DNA of 64,000 nucleotides from Guillardia theta CCMP2712 (Eukaryota; Protista; Cryptophyta): NCBI RefSeq assembly GCF_000315625.1, contig NW_005434612.1, positions 62,001 to 126,000 of the forward strand, read 5' to 3'. Shown piece by piece: positions 60,815 to 64,000 of this stretch (position 1 is its first letter; each line of letters starts with the position of its first letter). The notes under the pieces were generated by a model. It saw only the letters and a program-made list of their open reading frames with translations, ran no database searches and was not told where the DNA came from. The position numbers and the translations under genes were made by a program.

Positions 60815-63210
60815 ATGGTTGGGATACAGTCCATCGGCGAAACTGGACCTTGCGGTCGAACTCGCTCGAAAGTGAGCAAACGACCATCGTACGAGCAAGA
60901 CTGGTACCTTCCTCTCGTTCCTGTGCTGGACTCGCTGACAGGGGTTTCTCAGCACGATCCCTGTTAGCCTCTGCAACTCCTCCCCATCCTCGGAAGAAGA
61001 GGAGCAGATGGATGAGCGGCTTGTATGGGAGTGGTATGGCACCCCGATCAAGAGGCGGGGGAGCATCAAATATTACAACGGGGTAAGAATGGTTGTTGCT
61101 CTCCCTTCCTCTTACTCGCGCGTGCAGATCTGCTGCTTTACAGGGAAGACGAGGAGTTACTTCAAGGTCGGGGACGACATTGAGGTTGCTTCCTCCACAC
61201 GACTGCCCTATGTCGCGAGGATCGAGGTACTTCGCTGCTGGGAGATGGCTTGGCAATGAACGCATCAGCAGGCTCTGTTCACGGACTCGAGCTCGATCGG
61301 TGACGAGGAGACCAAGATGGCGACGCTTCGTTGGTACTTCAGGTGAAGAAGATGAGAGGTGTTGTTTTGGCATTCTTCTCTTCGTCTGTGATCGGTGGTT
61401 GTCGGTTTGGTGAGGCTCAACGTCGTTGATTGACTTCCTTTTGCAAGGTTGCGAGATTGCAGGGGAAAGGAGGCCGCCAAGAAAGCGCAAGAGATTACAT
61501 CATCCCATGAGCTGTTTGCTTCGTCTTGTCATGACGACAATCCTGTATGTTCCGATGCTCAACATCATCAGCTGTTGCAGATGATGGAGGGTTGCAGGTG
61601 CAATCTTTCATCAGGATCTGCTACGTCGTTCCAAGAGTCTTCTATGAGGCTGAGGTAGCTGTTGGAAGAGCATTTTTTGCGCGTCTTACACTCGATGTCC
61701 TCAAGATCTGCGAGATCTACGATGACATGTACTATTGCCGCGAATATTACTGCGCTATGAAGGGGGTGTTTCTTCCGCACCAGGTGGACTTCAGCATGAC
61801 CAGGTGGTCGAAGTTTGCGCGAGTATCCCTCGATGGCCTTTCATGATATCTTTCGCAGGCTCCTCTGTGAGGTGGAGAAGCGGAGGAAAGAAGCATACAT
61901 GTGCTGTAAGATCGGCCCCCAGCACCAGTGTATCATCCCCGACATGCAAGGGAGCTCCAGCGTTGATCGCGGTCTCTACTTCCCCCTGCCCCGTACCCTA
62001 TGTTCGCCTCTGGTTTCCTCCCTTGACCCAGCCATCGTCCTCGACTCTTGTGACGAAGATGGAGCAGGAGACGTCTGGATGTTTGACTCCTCTCTCGCTC
62101 CCAAGGTTTCTAGAGACGTCGATCAGTTGGTGGACAGGTGAGGGGGAGCGAACAAGAGCGGAGGAGCGAAAGATGGTGAAGACTCAACAGGTGGGCCTCG
62201 AGGATGAAGACAGTGAGCTCTGGGTTGCTGCGAGAAGTTGTGCTCATCGTGTTCATGCGGTAGCCTCACTTGCTCTCTCCTCGGCGTATGACGTGGCGGC
62301 AGGAGCCGGGGAGATGCTGCTGCTGCTCAGGAGCAGCTGGAGGAGCTGTTCAAGGAGGATGTGAGAGCTCATCAGTATCACTGGCAGACACCAATATGAC
62401 TTGATTTGTCAGATCTGCTATGGACCAAAGTACATGGAGTCGATCGTTAGCCAGCTGGGCGGGAGGAGGTCGAGGAGGAGTCAGGATGCCATGGACGACG
62501 ATTCTGACAGGGAGGATGAAACGGAAGAGAGCAGTTGGAGCGGCAGGTACATGAGCTTTTCGAAGGAGGAGGATACGGCGAAGAAGTTCAAGAAGGGCAG
62601 AGGGAAGGGGGTGATGCAATCTGTCGAAGAGAGCTTAGGAGCTCTCAGCCACGCCAAGAGATCGTTTTCTACCGATCCGGAGGTTGTGGACGGAGATTGT
62701 GTCTACGACAAGCACCAGCCCTGTAGCAGAGGAGAAAGAGAAGGACGAAGACGCTCTGAGAAAGCGACAGACTTGCTAGATGTGCTTCCTTCCTCTTCGT
62801 CCTCTTCCTCCTCCACCTCGGGCGTGGAGGTGGTCCGAAGCAGGAGAGGTGTGGGTTTGAGGAAGCAAGTTGAATCAGTGCCACGGAAAAAGAAAGCACT
62901 TACAAAGAGGAGCAGATCACAATCAGAAGACAGTAACGTCGAAGACGAGAACGACGAGAACAAGGACGAGGACGAGATTGAGGGCGAAAGCGGGGAGAAT
63001 GAGGACGAGGATCACGATGAAAGCGGGGAGGAAGACAACGAGAACAGGGGCGGGATGCACCCGGAAGCTCAAAGTCAAGGAAGGAGGGAAGGATGGCCTC
63101 CGGTGGGAAGGTCGATTCTATGCTGGTGCTCTTCTCTCCGTAGGCTGTTAGGTCGTGTAGATTGTATCTGTCGGTTTTCGGCGATGCTGTACAAATGTAC
63201 GAGTGAATGA
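60815..63210 (+). CDS. BAH plus ELM2-like chromatin protein, multi-exon
   Basis: BAH: FKVGDDIEV...PYVARIE...LRWYFR...HELFASSCHDDNP...YYCREYY. ELM2-like KIGPQHQCIIPD. Acidic C-terminal tail. Confidence 0.75.
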
Positions 63211-63396
63211 ACGTGACAAGTAACAGAGTTGCAGGGTAACTATTGGGTCACACAACACGTTTATCTTCGTCAGGTGCACACACAGAAAGAGAGGAGAATT
63301 AGGAAAAAGTCATGGCTGATTGAAACATGTCCCTGTCCTGTGTAATCCAAGGATATTGGGTACATCACTTGTCGAAAACTTGCATTAGAATTGACT

Positions 63397-64000
63397 TCAC
63401 TCTCCGTCGAGAGATCGTGCGACACATCGAGCAACTTTCTTCTTGTACGTCGCGTAGTCATCACGGAGTTCCTTCTGCTCAAATAGGGTCAGGAAAGAAT
63501 CAAACAACACGACGAGGTCACAGCAGCATCGAGGTTCGCGGGAGATTCATCCGTAGGGTCTGATAGCATTGAGATCACGCTGATCACAATGGTTTCCACC
63601 TGGCCCGGCATGTCATACTAAGACGCTGAAGAAATAAGGGAGAATTGAATTCGGGAGAGGCAGGCGAGCGTTGAGCGACGACACTGAAGAGCACAGCAGG
63701 CAAACATCCCATGGCATACGGGGATCCTCTAGGCAAGAGGGAAGGGCTATGAGCGGACCGTGTGGATCGGGTTCCAGCGCATCGAAGCTGATTCTTGCGG
63801 GTTTGTCGCGTCTTCACCGGGCTCGTGCAATATTGAGATGCAGACATCCCCATTGGGGTAAACTATTGTTGCAATGAGAACAGTTTCAACATCAGCAGCT
63901 CCTGCTCACCATTTGGATGCCAGATGGGTGTGATGAACTTCATCTTGGGAGGTCTGTCGGGATAGCTGGAAACAGCCCAATCAGCCCCAACATCCCCTCA
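63397..64000 (-). CDS. Ubiquitin-conjugating enzyme E2, UBC7/UBE2G-CDC34 type; 5' end beyond the window
   Basis: Read manually on the minus strand: [18 protein letters not shown]|[35 protein letters not shown]|[26 protein letters not shown]|...[16 protein letters not shown]. Has the active-site Cys and acidic loop insert. Confidence 0.92.

Noticed and set aside
63584-63853. [11 protein letters not shown]... as a novel small protein
   Set aside because: It is the wrong frame of the spliced E2 ubiquitin-conjugating gene.

Overview
Eukaryotic nuclear scaffold with short GT-AG introns (about 45-60 nt), four N gaps and a bipartite plastid-targeting leader, consistent with a cryptophyte such as Guillardia (inferred, not searched). 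The ordinary genes are MTO1/GidA, a MAP3K-type kinase, a Nudix hydrolase, a PDZ protein, a multi-C2 protein, a WW-DUF1995 plastid protein, a BAH-ELM2 protein and a UBC7/UBE2G-type E2. There is also a large secreted lectin/TIG-repeat protein. The notable part is a recently rearranged region at about 35.2-52 kb. It holds an inverted, hinge-less paralog of the SMCHD1-like GHKL ATPase found at the window start. That paralog is probably N-terminally extended by a caspase-like (C14) protease. The protease ORF sits head-to-head with a newly assembled stand-alone RelA/SpoT-like nucleotidyltransferase ORF, and this cassette is flanked by 1.3-kb direct repeats. Next to it are the parent gene (a multipass membrane protein with two RelA/SpoT-like domains, TM-SYN-TM-SYN) and a PDZ-PDZ-non-RD-kinase-TPR gene. 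Together these look like a candidate nucleotide-signalling/protease defence or cell-death locus. All domain calls come from reading motifs by eye.
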